A DNA stretch of 64,000 bases, from the NCBI GenBank assembly GCA_049287205.1, contig JBAQFJ010000001.1, positions 943,653 to 1,007,652 on the forward strand, given 5' to 3'. Made by a program: the position numbers and the translations under genes. The notes beneath the pieces were generated by a model. The model saw only the letters and a list, made by a program, of their open reading frames with translations, had not been told where the DNA came from and made no database searches. This stretch comes from Microgenomates group bacterium (lineage in GTDB: Bacteria > Patescibacteriota > Microgenomatia > UBA10105 > UBA927). Positions 1 to 8,135 of the stretch are shown one piece after another (positions within the stretch are counted from its first letter, which is position 1; each line of letters starts with the position of its first letter).

Positions 1-561
1 CATTATGGAGATTGTTTCATCGGAGCAAACCATATTAAAACAAAAACAAGTATTACGACTGATTATGCGTATGAAAATACGGAAGGACTCAATGAAAACG
101 GCTGTTGGGTGATCGCTGACAGTATTGCGGCAGGAAGAAATTTAATTGCAACTTTGAAGTCGCTTCTCGGGAAATATCACCCAAAGGAGTTGATTTTCAT
201 CGTTTCTATCGGCAATCGTTGGGGTATCAATGAAGTAAGCCGCGTCGTTTCCGAGTATCATGTTAAAGCAACGTTTGTTGTGTGGGGAGCGCTGTTCGGA
301 CTGAATCCCGAGAATCATTATGATGAGCCGTGGGGACTTGATGACTGTGAACCAATTGACCTCAGGGATCAAACAACATTCATTTCCATGTATTCAAAAG
401 ATTTATGTGTCGGCGGGGATTTTGGCAATGATTATTATTGTCCTGCACTCGCGCAAAAATTATATGAAAAACAGCTTGCTGATCTTCGTATCACGCCTAA
501 AATTCCGACAGCAAAACAGATCCGTGCTGTCTATACTTCAGATGAGATTTTGATAAGGTAA
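1..561 (+). CDS. C-terminal fragment of an uncharacterized protein (ORF is open from nt 1, so the gene starts upstream of the window)
   Basis: Frame 1 is open from position 1 to the stop at 561. I do not recognise the family. Confidence 0.4.
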   Translation, partial: HYGDCFIGANHIKTKTSITTDYAYENTEGLNENGCWVIADSIAAGRNLIATLKSLLGKYHPKELIFIVSIGNRWGINEVSRVVSEYHVKATFVVWGALFGLNPENHYDEPWGLDDCEPIDLRDQTTFISMYSKDLCVGGDFGNDYYCPALAQKLYEKQLADLRITPKIPTAKQIRAVYTSDEILIR

Positions 562-565
562 TACA

Positions 566-1957
566 TTACCTGATTCTTGATCCTATTGGAAGATCACTTC
601 CCGAAAGAAACACCGGCTTATTGTCTTTGTCATCGGCAGCCACAATCATCCCCTGTGATTCTTCTCCCATCATTTTGCGTGGGGCAAGATTGACAATAAA
701 GAAAAACTGTTTCCCTATAAAGCTGTCGGCTGTATATCCATATTGCCTGACGCCGGTAAAAATAACTCGTTTACCAAGATTGCCAAAATCTATATGAAGT
801 CGGATAAGTTTTTCACTTTTTTCGACATGTTCAGCTGACTCTACTTTTCCTACCCTTATATCGACAGCGGCAAAGTCATCGATGGTGATTGTTGATTTTT
901 TACCTTTTTGGATAGAATACGCGTTGCTTAACCCAATCGTTTCCCTTACTTCTTTCATTGTGCTTTCAGCAACAGCCATGGCCTTTTCTTTCCCTTTTGA
1001 AAGAATTCCTTTGACTAATTCCGGATTATTTTTCAGTTCTTCATACGAATCCCTCGCATTTTTAAAGTATACAAGCAGGGATTCATATAAATATTGTTTT
1101 ACTGCAACATCCGCTATTTGGCCCTTAGTATAGCTGGTTTTCATTTCGTCTACTTTTGCTTTTTCACCAAAAAAATCAAGGTAAGCAAACACCATGTTTC
1201 CCTCAATGTGACCAACGTCAGTAGCATGTGCACGCGTCGGATCAGTATACGTTCCCATCACCTGTTTTTTGATTGTGTCTTCTGAATCAAAAATGGAAAT
1301 GATGTTTCCCAAGGATTTGCTCATTTTCCGTTTTCCGTCAGTCCCTAAAACAGTTGCAACACTATCCGGAATAAACGCCTCAGGAAGTTTAAAGACCTGT
1401 TTTTTATATATGTGGTTAAACCGCTCTCCAACATCGCGGGCAATCTCTACATGTTGTTTTTGGTCTTTTCCGACAGGAACAAAATCCGGTTTGTAGAGAA
1501 GAATGTCAGATGCCATGAGAATCGGATAACTAAACAGCCCGACATTTATATCGTCTTCCGTGATATCTTTTTGGAGCTTATCTTTGTACGCATGGGCGCG
1601 CTTCAACAGTCCAAGCGGTGTGACATTATTAAGAATTGTCTGCAATTCCGGATGAAATCCTTCAAGATCAGACTGTCTGTAAAAAACAAGTCTGTCGAAT
1701 TCTTCAGGTGTTAAGAATCCTTTAAGGAGTGCCAGTTCATTGAGAATAAGCGATTCCACGTTTTTTTGTAATTGTCCTTTGTTTTGAATCGTGGTGAGGG
1801 CATGAAAATCAGCCACGAAAAGAAAGCACTCGTTTTCACGCGCCATTTCTATCGATTGTTTTACCATCCCTAAATAATTACCAATATGGAGACTTCCATC
1901 CCCGCTTGGTGTAATGCCTGATAATATTCGTTTCATATAGTTTTTCCTTTCTATCAT
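566..1957 (-). CDS. trpS: Tryptophanyl-tRNA synthetase with a C-terminal Myf/EMAP-II-like tRNA-binding OB domain
   Basis: N-terminal SGITPSG...HIGNYLG (TrpRS HIGH-like motif) and a KMSKS motif. The C-terminal ~110 aa (DIRVGKV...GKRVIFTGVRQYG...VNLAPRKMMGEESQGM) resemble the Trbp111/MetRS C-terminal tRNA-binding domain. The true start may be the internal Met at 1936. Confidence 0.8.
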   Translation of the reverse strand: MIERKNYMKRILSGITPSGDGSLHIGNYLGMVKQSIEMARENECFLFVADFHALTTIQNKGQLQKNVESLILNELALLKGFLTPEEFDRLVFYRQSDLEGFHPELQTILNNVTPLGLLKRAHAYKDKLQKDITEDDINVGLFSYPILMASDILLYKPDFVPVGKDQKQHVEIARDVGERFNHIYKKQVFKLPEAFIPDSVATVLGTDGKRKMSKSLGNIISIFDSEDTIKKQVMGTYTDPTRAHATDVGHIEGNMVFAYLDFFGEKAKVDEMKTSYTKGQIADVAVKQYLYESLLVYFKNARDSYEELKNNPELVKGILSKGKEKAMAVAESTMKEVRETIGLSNAYSIQKGKKSTITIDDFAAVDIRVGKVESAEHVEKSEKLIRLHIDFGNLGKRVIFTGVRQYGYTADSFIGKQFFFIVNLAPRKMMGEESQGMIVAADDKDNKPVFLSGSDLPIGSRIR

Positions 1958-2012
1958 TGTATCATTTGTTTTTATACTCGCGGGCGGGAGATAATCCCGC
2001 CCGCGTTGTCTC

Positions 2013-3314
2013 TTACTTCATTTTTCCACTCAAAAATGTTTCATACGCGCCGAGATCTAGAAGCCCGTGTCCTGACAAATTAAACAGAATGGTTTTCTTT
2101 TTCCCTTCTTTTTTTGCCTGTAGCGCTTCCACGATCATGTGTTTAATTGCATGGGCTGATTCCGGCGCAGGGATAATCCCCTCAGTTTCAATAAAAAGCT
2201 GTGCTGCAGCAAACACTTCTTTTTGATCATAGGCAGCCGCCTCAATAAGTTTTTTGTTGTACAAAAAACTCACCAGTGGTGAGACGCCGTGATATCTGAG
2301 CCCTCCCGCATGAATTGGTGAAGGCACATATCCACTGCCGACCGTATACATTTTCATGAGGGGTGTCATCCCTGCGGTATCACCATAGTCATAGCGATAT
2401 TTACCCTTCGTCAGTGACGGACACGCTGTCGGTTCAACAGCAATACAGCGTAACTTTTTTGTGTTACCCATTATCTTGTCTGCCAGAAATGGAAATGCGA
2501 CGCCTGCAAAATTGCTCCCTCCTCCACAGCAACCAATGATGACATCAGGATATTCGCTTACCTGTTCTAGTTGTTTTTTTGCTTCCTGACCAATGATGGT
2601 TTGGTGAAGCATCACATGATTGAGTGCACTTCCCAGAGCATACCGTGTATTTCTACCGGATACTGCAACTTCAATCGCTTCAGATATCGCCATCCCCAAG
2701 CTTCCATTGGTATGTGGATAGTCTTTCAAAAATTGTTTTCCACAAACAGTTTTTGTTGACGGGCTTGCGTGCACCACCCCTCCATAGAGATGTATGATAG
2801 TTTTTCTGTATGGTTTTTGGTCATAGGAACTTTGCACCATAAACACAACGCACTTCATTCCAAATAATTTGGTTGCAAGGGACAGTGCTGACCCCCATTG
2901 TCCAGCACCAGTTTCCGTCGTCAAGGTCGTTATGCCTTCCTTTTTGTTGTAATATGCTTGGGGTAAGGCAGTATTGAATTTATGACTTCCCACAGGCGAC
3001 ACCCCCTCATATTTTGCAAAGATATGCGCAGGTGTTCCCAGTCGTTTTTCAAGACGGCGCAGCCGTAAAAGCGGTGACGGTCTATATGTTTTATAGAGCT
3101 CATACACCTCATCGGGTATCGGCACTGTTTTTTCCAAGGTTGTTTCCTGACGTATAAGTTCGCGCGGAAAAATTGGTGCCAAATCCGCAGCTTGTAATAC
3201 CTGTTTTGTTTTCGGATGCAGATACGGATCCGGCAACCCTACCCCGTACTTTTTTAAGTAATAGGGTAAGTTCAGATATGTTTTTGCTAGTATTTCTTCA
3301 TTTTGTTTTTTCAT
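2013..3314 (-). CDS. trpB: Tryptophan synthase beta chain, long TrpB2-type (PLP-dependent)
   Basis: The PLP lysine motif VGSHKFNTAL and the GAGQWGSALS region are present. A length of 433 aa is typical of TrpB2. Confidence 0.8.
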   Translation of the reverse strand: MKKQNEEILAKTYLNLPYYLKKYGVGLPDPYLHPKTKQVLQAADLAPIFPRELIRQETTLEKTVPIPDEVYELYKTYRPSPLLRLRRLEKRLGTPAHIFAKYEGVSPVGSHKFNTALPQAYYNKKEGITTLTTETGAGQWGSALSLATKLFGMKCVVFMVQSSYDQKPYRKTIIHLYGGVVHASPSTKTVCGKQFLKDYPHTNGSLGMAISEAIEVAVSGRNTRYALGSALNHVMLHQTIIGQEAKKQLEQVSEYPDVIIGCCGGGSNFAGVAFPFLADKIMGNTKKLRCIAVEPTACPSLTKGKYRYDYGDTAGMTPLMKMYTVGSGYVPSPIHAGGLRYHGVSPLVSFLYNKKLIEAAAYDQKEVFAAAQLFIETEGIIPAPESAHAIKHMIVEALQAKKEGKKKTILFNLSGHGLLDLGAYETFLSGKMK

Positions 3315-3460
3315 AGTTTCCTTTTTTTAAATTTTTACACGTAAAAGTTAACGAATGAATCCGCCACGTCAAACGTGGCTTTATGCCACAGTAAGCGTGG
3401 AGATCGCGTTTGACGCGATGCCAGTATGTCCTCCATGGTGTTTGTGTATGGTGATGCATA

Positions 3461-3533
3461 GGCAGGAGCACCAGGATTTGAACCTGAAATAGGGATTTTG
3501 GAGATCCCTGTGATACCGTTTCACTATGCTCCT
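3461..3533 (-). tRNA. tRNA-Trp (anticodon CCA)
   Basis: Reverse complement is AGGAGCAUAGUGAAACGGUAUCACAGGGAUCUCCAAAAUCCCUAUUUCAGGUUCAAAUCCUGGUGCUCCUG(CC). It has a 7-bp acceptor stem, a D-loop with GG, anticodon loop CUCCAAA (anticodon CCA), a T-loop TTCAAAT and discriminator G. Confidence 0.85.
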
Positions 3534-3589
3534 AAAAAACAAATAGGCCCTTGTAAATCACTCAAAGACTTGAGTAACTTACAAGGGCC
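3534..3589 (-). terminator. Intrinsic terminator (minus strand) directly upstream of tRNA-Trp
   Basis: Perfect 11-bp inverted repeat GGCCCTTGTAA...TTACAAGGGCC (3546-3589) with a nested ACTCAA/TTGAGT stem. On the minus strand it is followed by TATTTGTTTTTT. Confidence 0.6.
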
Positions 3590-3630
3590 TACAAAAAAGG
3601 CGGTTCCACCTTGTTTCATCGTCCTGCCAT

Positions 3631-3653
3631 TAAAAAACTCCCTTTCGGGGAGT
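3631..3653 (-). terminator. Intrinsic terminator (minus strand) downstream of the tRNA-like CAT gene
   Basis: Minus strand reads ACTCCCCGAAAGGGAGT followed by TTTTTTA. Confidence 0.55.
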
Positions 3654-3862
3654 CATGATATAAGGCGGGAAAATCTTATTACATGCTCCGCTGAACGCGA
3701 CACATGGTGCTTTATTTTTACAGGTAAGCTTCTGGATGAGACATTCTTTCTTTGGAAAGATAGCCCTCTCAGCCTCGATTTTCATCGATAGGAAGATCCC
3801 AATCAATCTCCCTGTGGCATTTATTCACTTGGCAACTAGTATAACACACCTCGTCAAATTTG

Positions 3863-3932
3863 TTGCGGAGCCAGGAATCGCACCTGGTCTAGAAGATTAT
3901 GAGCCTTCTGTGCAACTTTACACTACCCCGCG
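3863..3932 (-). tRNA. Atypical tRNA-like gene with anticodon CAT (candidate initiator-like tRNA-Met, or a degenerate tRNA)
   Basis: Reverse complement is CGCGGGGUAGUGUAAAGUUGCACAGAAGGCUCAUAAUCUUCUAGACCAGGUGCGAUUCCUGGCUCCGCAA. It has a 7-bp acceptor stem with a C1xA72 mismatch, U8, anticodon loop CUCAUAA, a T-arm CCAGG/CCUGG and discriminator A. The D-loop is short (6 nt) and lacks the GG pair. The gene is flanked by a TATAAT-containing putative promoter and its own terminator. Confidence 0.45.
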
Positions 3933-4009
3933 GTTTGTTTAAAGAACAATGGTCATTATATCTGATTTTGACCATGCTGTATAGCGCGGGGTATACTAGA
4001 GTAAGATAT

Positions 4010-4513
4010 ATGAAATCTAAAAAAACATCTGTTTCATTCACAATCCCCTTCAGCATTGTTGTCTTTTTCATTACTGTTTTTGTTGGTTTTTTGATATATA
4101 AACAAACGGCAGTCAATGTTTTGGGTACCTCTGATACCGCAACCTCATTCTTGAAAGAAGCATATATCCCCTTAGGAACAGGTGTAAACAATGCAACCGA
4201 TTGGGTAGACGTCAAGGGAGTGGCTGCATATGTGAATACTGGTTCCTACGGAGCCATGAAAAAAGTAACTTTTGAAGTGAGTATTGGGGTGCCGTCCGGA
4301 AATCAGACAGCGTATGTGAGGCTATACAACGCGACAGATAAGCATCCCGTGTGGTATTCAGAAATGACCATGGCAGGTGTTGGCCCTGAACTCCTCATAT
4401 CAACGCCTGTCACTCTTGACAGCGGGAATAAGCTGTACCAGGTACATATGAAATCTCAGCTTGGTGCGACAACTAATCTTTTGCAAGCGCGACTACACAT
4501 TCTTCTGTATTAA
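4010..4513 (+). CDS. Hypothetical secreted or membrane-anchored protein (N-terminal signal anchor)
   Basis: Start taken at MKSKKTSVSF, followed by a hydrophobic helix. TTGACC-18-TATACT lies upstream. The longer ORF-track start at 3899 would overlap the tRNA-like gene. Confidence 0.5.
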   Translation: MKSKKTSVSFTIPFSIVVFFITVFVGFLIYKQTAVNVLGTSDTATSFLKEAYIPLGTGVNNATDWVDVKGVAAYVNTGSYGAMKKVTFEVSIGVPSGNQTAYVRLYNATDKHPVWYSEMTMAGVGPELLISTPVTLDSGNKLYQVHMKSQLGATTNLLQARLHILLY

Positions 4514-4555
4514 TGGTTGTTTTTGCCTGATAAATCCCGTACAATAGCTTCAATT

Positions 4556-4627
4556 GTCAGCGTAGCTCAGTGGTAGAGCAGCGCCTTCATAAGGCGTGTG
4601 TCGCAGGTCCGATCCCCGCCGCTGACA
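4556..4627 (+). tRNA. tRNA with anticodon CAT (elongator Met or Ile2-lysidine type)
   Basis: GUCAGCGUAGCUCAGUGGUAGAGCAGCGCCUUCAUAAGGCGU... with paired G1-C72, D-loop AGUGGUA, anticodon loop UUCAUAA and discriminator A. The T-arm has one A-C mismatch. Confidence 0.7.
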
Positions 4628-4632
4628 CAAGT

Positions 4633-4983
4633 TTAATAGAATAACCCCCACCAGATTTTCCAATTGGTCGTAGCACTGGTTTTTTTGAGTGTTTCCCCAT
4701 TCCCTAGTTCCTGATTTATCAGGATGATTGTTTCGCCTGGGCGCGCCATATTCAGCTTCATTCTTGCTTCAGACTCGATAAATTCCGGAGACCTCGTAAA
4801 TTCAAGTTTTTTTTGCAGTGCAGCTTCCCTTTTTTGAAGCTCCACAAGAATCTTTTCCCGATCTTCTCTGGCATTTTGTCGTTTTATCGTGGAAGAGATG
4901 GAAGAAATGAGGCTAATACACCCAAAAATGAGGCTAATTAACAGAAGTAATGGGAAAAATCGAACTATGGGTTTTTGCTTCAT
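4633..4983 (-). CDS. Septum formation initiator FtsB/DivIC-like protein
   Basis: N-terminal TM helix, a coiled-coil segment, and an ARMKLNMARPGETII signature of the FtsB/DivIC family. Confidence 0.6.
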   Translation of the reverse strand: MKQKPIVRFFPLLLLISLIFGCISLISSISSTIKRQNAREDREKILVELQKREAALQKKLEFTRSPEFIESEARMKLNMARPGETIILINQELGNGETLKKTSATTNWKIWWGLFY

Positions 4984-5048
4984 AGCTAATTTATTTTTTA
5001 TACCTTGTTATTGCTGTGCATATGTGATATTATAGGCTTTATCTTGCC

Positions 5049-5064
5049 TGAGGCAATTGCCTCA
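5049..5064. promoter_or_regulatory. Perfect 16-bp palindrome TGAGGCAATTGCCTCA about 30 nt upstream of the recombinase gene
   Basis: Read directly from the sequence. It could be an operator or a recombination-site half. Confidence 0.35.
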
Positions 5065-5095
5065 TTATTAGACCTGCTTCAAACATATACGCATT

Positions 5096-5956
5096 ATGAG
5101 TGTTGATCTTAAGGCTACAAATGAACAGTTTGTTGAATATTTAGCGTCTCGCAAGCGAGCACGTGCTACCATCGTAGCATATAAAAAAGACATTGACCAA
5201 ATGTTGACGTTTTTTCAGACTGCAGAGAAAAAAGCCATTGGGGACATCACAAAAGATGAAATTGACGCTTTTTTGAAGAAATTGACCAGTGACAGCTATA
5301 CCCCAAAATCAGTATCCCGAAAAATTAACTCCATAAAAACCTACTTCCGGTTTCTTAAGATTTCCAATATCATTGCCGCTGATCCAGCGCTTGAGGTAGA
5401 ACATCCAAAATATGATGTAAAACCGCCTCGGATTTTGTCTAAACTTGAATATCGTGCGCTTCGTGATGCATGCAGGGGCGATGTCCGCATGTATGCGATC
5501 GTTGAACTGTTTTTGCAGACAGGTGTCCGCATTGGAGAACTTGCGGCACTTATGGTTGTTGACGTGAAAGCTACGGAACTGCATATTGCCAGTCAAGAAG
5601 GTCATGAAGAGCGAATGGTACCTCTAAATAAGGCAGCGCTCGAGGCCCTCCATAAATACATGGAAATCCGAAACAGTGAGGCAAAAAGCAATGCGCTCTT
5701 TATCACAAAAACAGGTCGCCCACTTTTGATTCGAAATATCAGGACTGCAATTGACCGGTATTTTAGAATTGCTGGCATTGAAGGAGCAAAGGTAAATGAC
5801 CTTCGTCACACCTTTATCGCCCATCATTTGATGGCGGGCACTCCCATTATGACACTGTCAAAACTTGTCGGACACAAACGCCTTTCCACGACAGAAAAAT
5901 ATTTGGAGCTTATTAAGGGACAACAGTCTGAGAATGTGAAGCTTGAAGAGTTATAA
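5096..5956 (+). CDS. Tyrosine site-specific recombinase (XerC/XerD / phage-integrase family)
   Basis: C-terminal catalytic region LRHTFIAHHLMAGTPIMTLSKLVGHKRLSTTEKYLEL carrying the R...HxxR...Y signature. Length 286 aa. Confidence 0.8.
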   Translation: MSVDLKATNEQFVEYLASRKRARATIVAYKKDIDQMLTFFQTAEKKAIGDITKDEIDAFLKKLTSDSYTPKSVSRKINSIKTYFRFLKISNIIAADPALEVEHPKYDVKPPRILSKLEYRALRDACRGDVRMYAIVELFLQTGVRIGELAALMVVDVKATELHIASQEGHEERMVPLNKAALEALHKYMEIRNSEAKSNALFITKTGRPLLIRNIRTAIDRYFRIAGIEGAKVNDLRHTFIAHHLMAGTPIMTLSKLVGHKRLSTTEKYLELIKGQQSENVKLEEL

Positions 5957-5981
5957 CCCCAAGCGCTACAATACGTGAGTA

Positions 5982-8123
5982 ATGGATAAAGCGTACATCC
6001 CAAAATCATTTGAAGAGACGATCTATTCCTCGTGGGAACAGGATGGGTATTTCTCGCCGAAAAAAGAAGCAGGAAAAGATCCATTCTGCGTTATTCTTCC
6101 CCTTCCGAACGCAAACGGTGATCTTCACTTGGGGCATGCCATGTTTACGATTGAGGACATCATGATTCGGTATCACCGGATGAAGGGCGACGTTACGTTA
6201 TGGCAACCAGGATTTGATCACGCGGGTTTTGAGACGCAATATGTGTTTGAAAAATTTTTAGCAAAACAGGGAAAAAGCAGGTTTGACTACTCGCGGGATG
6301 AACTGTACAAAGCGATTTGGGATTTTGCTCAGTCTAATCGTGGCAGCATGGAATCACAACTTCGGCGTATGGGGTTTTCCTTAGATTGGCCGAGACTGAA
6401 ATTTCCACTCGACCCCGCAATCATCGAAATCGTGTATAAAACATTCAAAAAAATGCATGACGATGGACTTGTCTATCGTGGAGAACGGCTGGTAAATTAC
6501 TGTACAAAATGCGGCACAAGTTTTTCGGATCTTGAAGTGAAACATGTGGAACAAATTGATCCCCTGTACTATCTGAAATATGGACCGTTTGTACTTGCAA
6601 CAGTCAGGCCTGAAACAAAATTTGGTGATACTGCAGTGGCAGTTCATCCGACAGACAAACGATATAAAGACTATATCGGAAAAGACATCACATTTGATGG
6701 ACTTATCGGTCAGGTGACGCTCCATGTGGTTGCTGATGAAGCGGTGGATCCTGCGTTTGGCACAGGTGTCGTGAAAGTCACTCCTGCACATGATATGACG
6801 GACTATGAAATCAGCAAACGTCATAATCTCCCACTCGTGCAGGTGATTGGATTTGATGGGAAATTGACTGCCGTTACCGGTCCATATACGGGACTTCGCG
6901 TCAAAGCGGCGCGCGCAAAGGTTGTTGAAGACCTTACGGCAAAGGGACTCATTGATCACATAGATGAAGGATATGTGCATACGGTTGGAACGTGCTATAA
7001 ATGCCAAACAACGTTAGAACCACTTCCTATGTCTCAGTGGTTTGTAAAAATCAAACCGCTTGCAGATCGTGCGATTACTTCTATTACAAAAAAAGAGGTG
7101 TCATTTGTTCCAAAACGATTTGAAAAAACAGCAACCCAGTGGCTCACTGACTTTCATGACTGGAATATCAGCCGTCAAATTGTGTGGGGTATACGAATTC
7201 CTGCATGGCGCTGCGAAAGCTGTGCAAAAACGAATCCTGAGAATGAATGGATTATTACTGAGGGAAGTATTCCTGAAAAATGTCCGCATTGCGGCGGAAC
7301 AACGCTACAACAGGATGAAGACGTATTTGATACCTGGTTTTCCAGTGCACAGTGGCCGTTTGCGACCTTGCAGGCAAACAGTGAAAAATCGGATTTTGAA
7401 ACATTCTATCCGACATCGGTTATGGAAACAGGCTATGATATTTTACCGTGGTGGGTATGTCGTATGCTCATGGTGGGTCTTTATGTGACAGGTAAAGTTC
7501 CATTTAAAAAAGTGTATCTTCATGGGTTAGTTCGAGACAGTAAAGGTCAGAAAATGAGTAAAAGCAAAGGCAATGTAGTTAATCCGATTAAAATGGTGGA
7601 TTTATATGGTGCAGACGCTCTTCGTATGGCACTCGTGTTTGGAGCGGCAGCCGGAAATGATATATCCCTTTCTGAAGATAAGATTCGCGGCATGCGGAAT
7701 TTTGCCAATAAATTATGGAATATTTCCCGTTTGTTTTTGATGAATACCGAAAACAGTAAAGATCTCCTTTTTTATGATAAAACCATGAATAAAGATTTAG
7801 TGAAGAATGATCTAGAAATGCTAAAAAAACTTGAGGCAACTGTAAAAACGACAACAAAATATATGGATACGTACCGATATTCCGATGCGGCGCAAACACT
7901 GTATGATTTTACATGGCATACACTTGCTGATGAATATCTGGAACAGAATAAAGAACGATTTAAACAAGGAGACACACAAGCGCTTGCTGTCTATCGTCAT
8001 GTGCTTCTGGTTGTACTCAAACTTCTCCATCCATTTATGCCGTTTGTCACTGAGAGTATTTGGGGTCAATTACCACGAAAACAAGATACAAAACTGATTA
8101 TTTCTTCGTGGCCAACCGTATAA
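5982..8123 (+). CDS. valS: Valyl-tRNA synthetase (short form lacking the C-terminal coiled-coil)
   Basis: PNANGDLHLGHAMF (HIGH motif), WQPGFDHAGFETQ and KMSKSKGN motifs. Length 713 aa. Confidence 0.8.
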   Translation: MDKAYIPKSFEETIYSSWEQDGYFSPKKEAGKDPFCVILPLPNANGDLHLGHAMFTIEDIMIRYHRMKGDVTLWQPGFDHAGFETQYVFEKFLAKQGKSRFDYSRDELYKAIWDFAQSNRGSMESQLRRMGFSLDWPRLKFPLDPAIIEIVYKTFKKMHDDGLVYRGERLVNYCTKCGTSFSDLEVKHVEQIDPLYYLKYGPFVLATVRPETKFGDTAVAVHPTDKRYKDYIGKDITFDGLIGQVTLHVVADEAVDPAFGTGVVKVTPAHDMTDYEISKRHNLPLVQVIGFDGKLTAVTGPYTGLRVKAARAKVVEDLTAKGLIDHIDEGYVHTVGTCYKCQTTLEPLPMSQWFVKIKPLADRAITSITKKEVSFVPKRFEKTATQWLTDFHDWNISRQIVWGIRIPAWRCESCAKTNPENEWIITEGSIPEKCPHCGGTTLQQDEDVFDTWFSSAQWPFATLQANSEKSDFETFYPTSVMETGYDILPWWVCRMLMVGLYVTGKVPFKKVYLHGLVRDSKGQKMSKSKGNVVNPIKMVDLYGADALRMALVFGAAAGNDISLSEDKIRGMRNFANKLWNISRLFLMNTENSKDLLFYDKTMNKDLVKNDLEMLKKLEATVKTTTKYMDTYRYSDAAQTLYDFTWHTLADEYLEQNKERFKQGDTQALAVYRHVLLVVLKLLHPFMPFVTESIWGQLPRKQDTKLIISSWPTV

Positions 8124-8135
8124 TACCCAGGAAGG

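Noticed and set aside
3315-3460. Possible T-box or attenuator leader between tRNA-Trp and trpB2
   Set aside because: Two small hairpins (GCCACGT...ACGTGGC and ATCGCG...CGCGAT) are present. There is no T-box consensus (AGGGTGGNACCGCG), no specifier-loop context, and no terminator/antiterminator pair I could build.
3498-3942. ORF-track CDSs 3498-3791, 3736-3942 and 3889-4215
   Set aside because: They overlap tRNA-Trp, two terminator hairpins and the tRNA-like gene, and look like chance ORFs.
6381-7007. 208-aa antisense ORF inside valS, with similar antisense ORFs inside the CopA gene (35867-36334), the SDR gene (33443-33814), the GDH gene (41640-42353) and others
   Set aside because: They are embedded opposite well-supported conserved genes and their sequences are low-complexity and Cys/Ser-rich. 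They are typical shadow ORFs.
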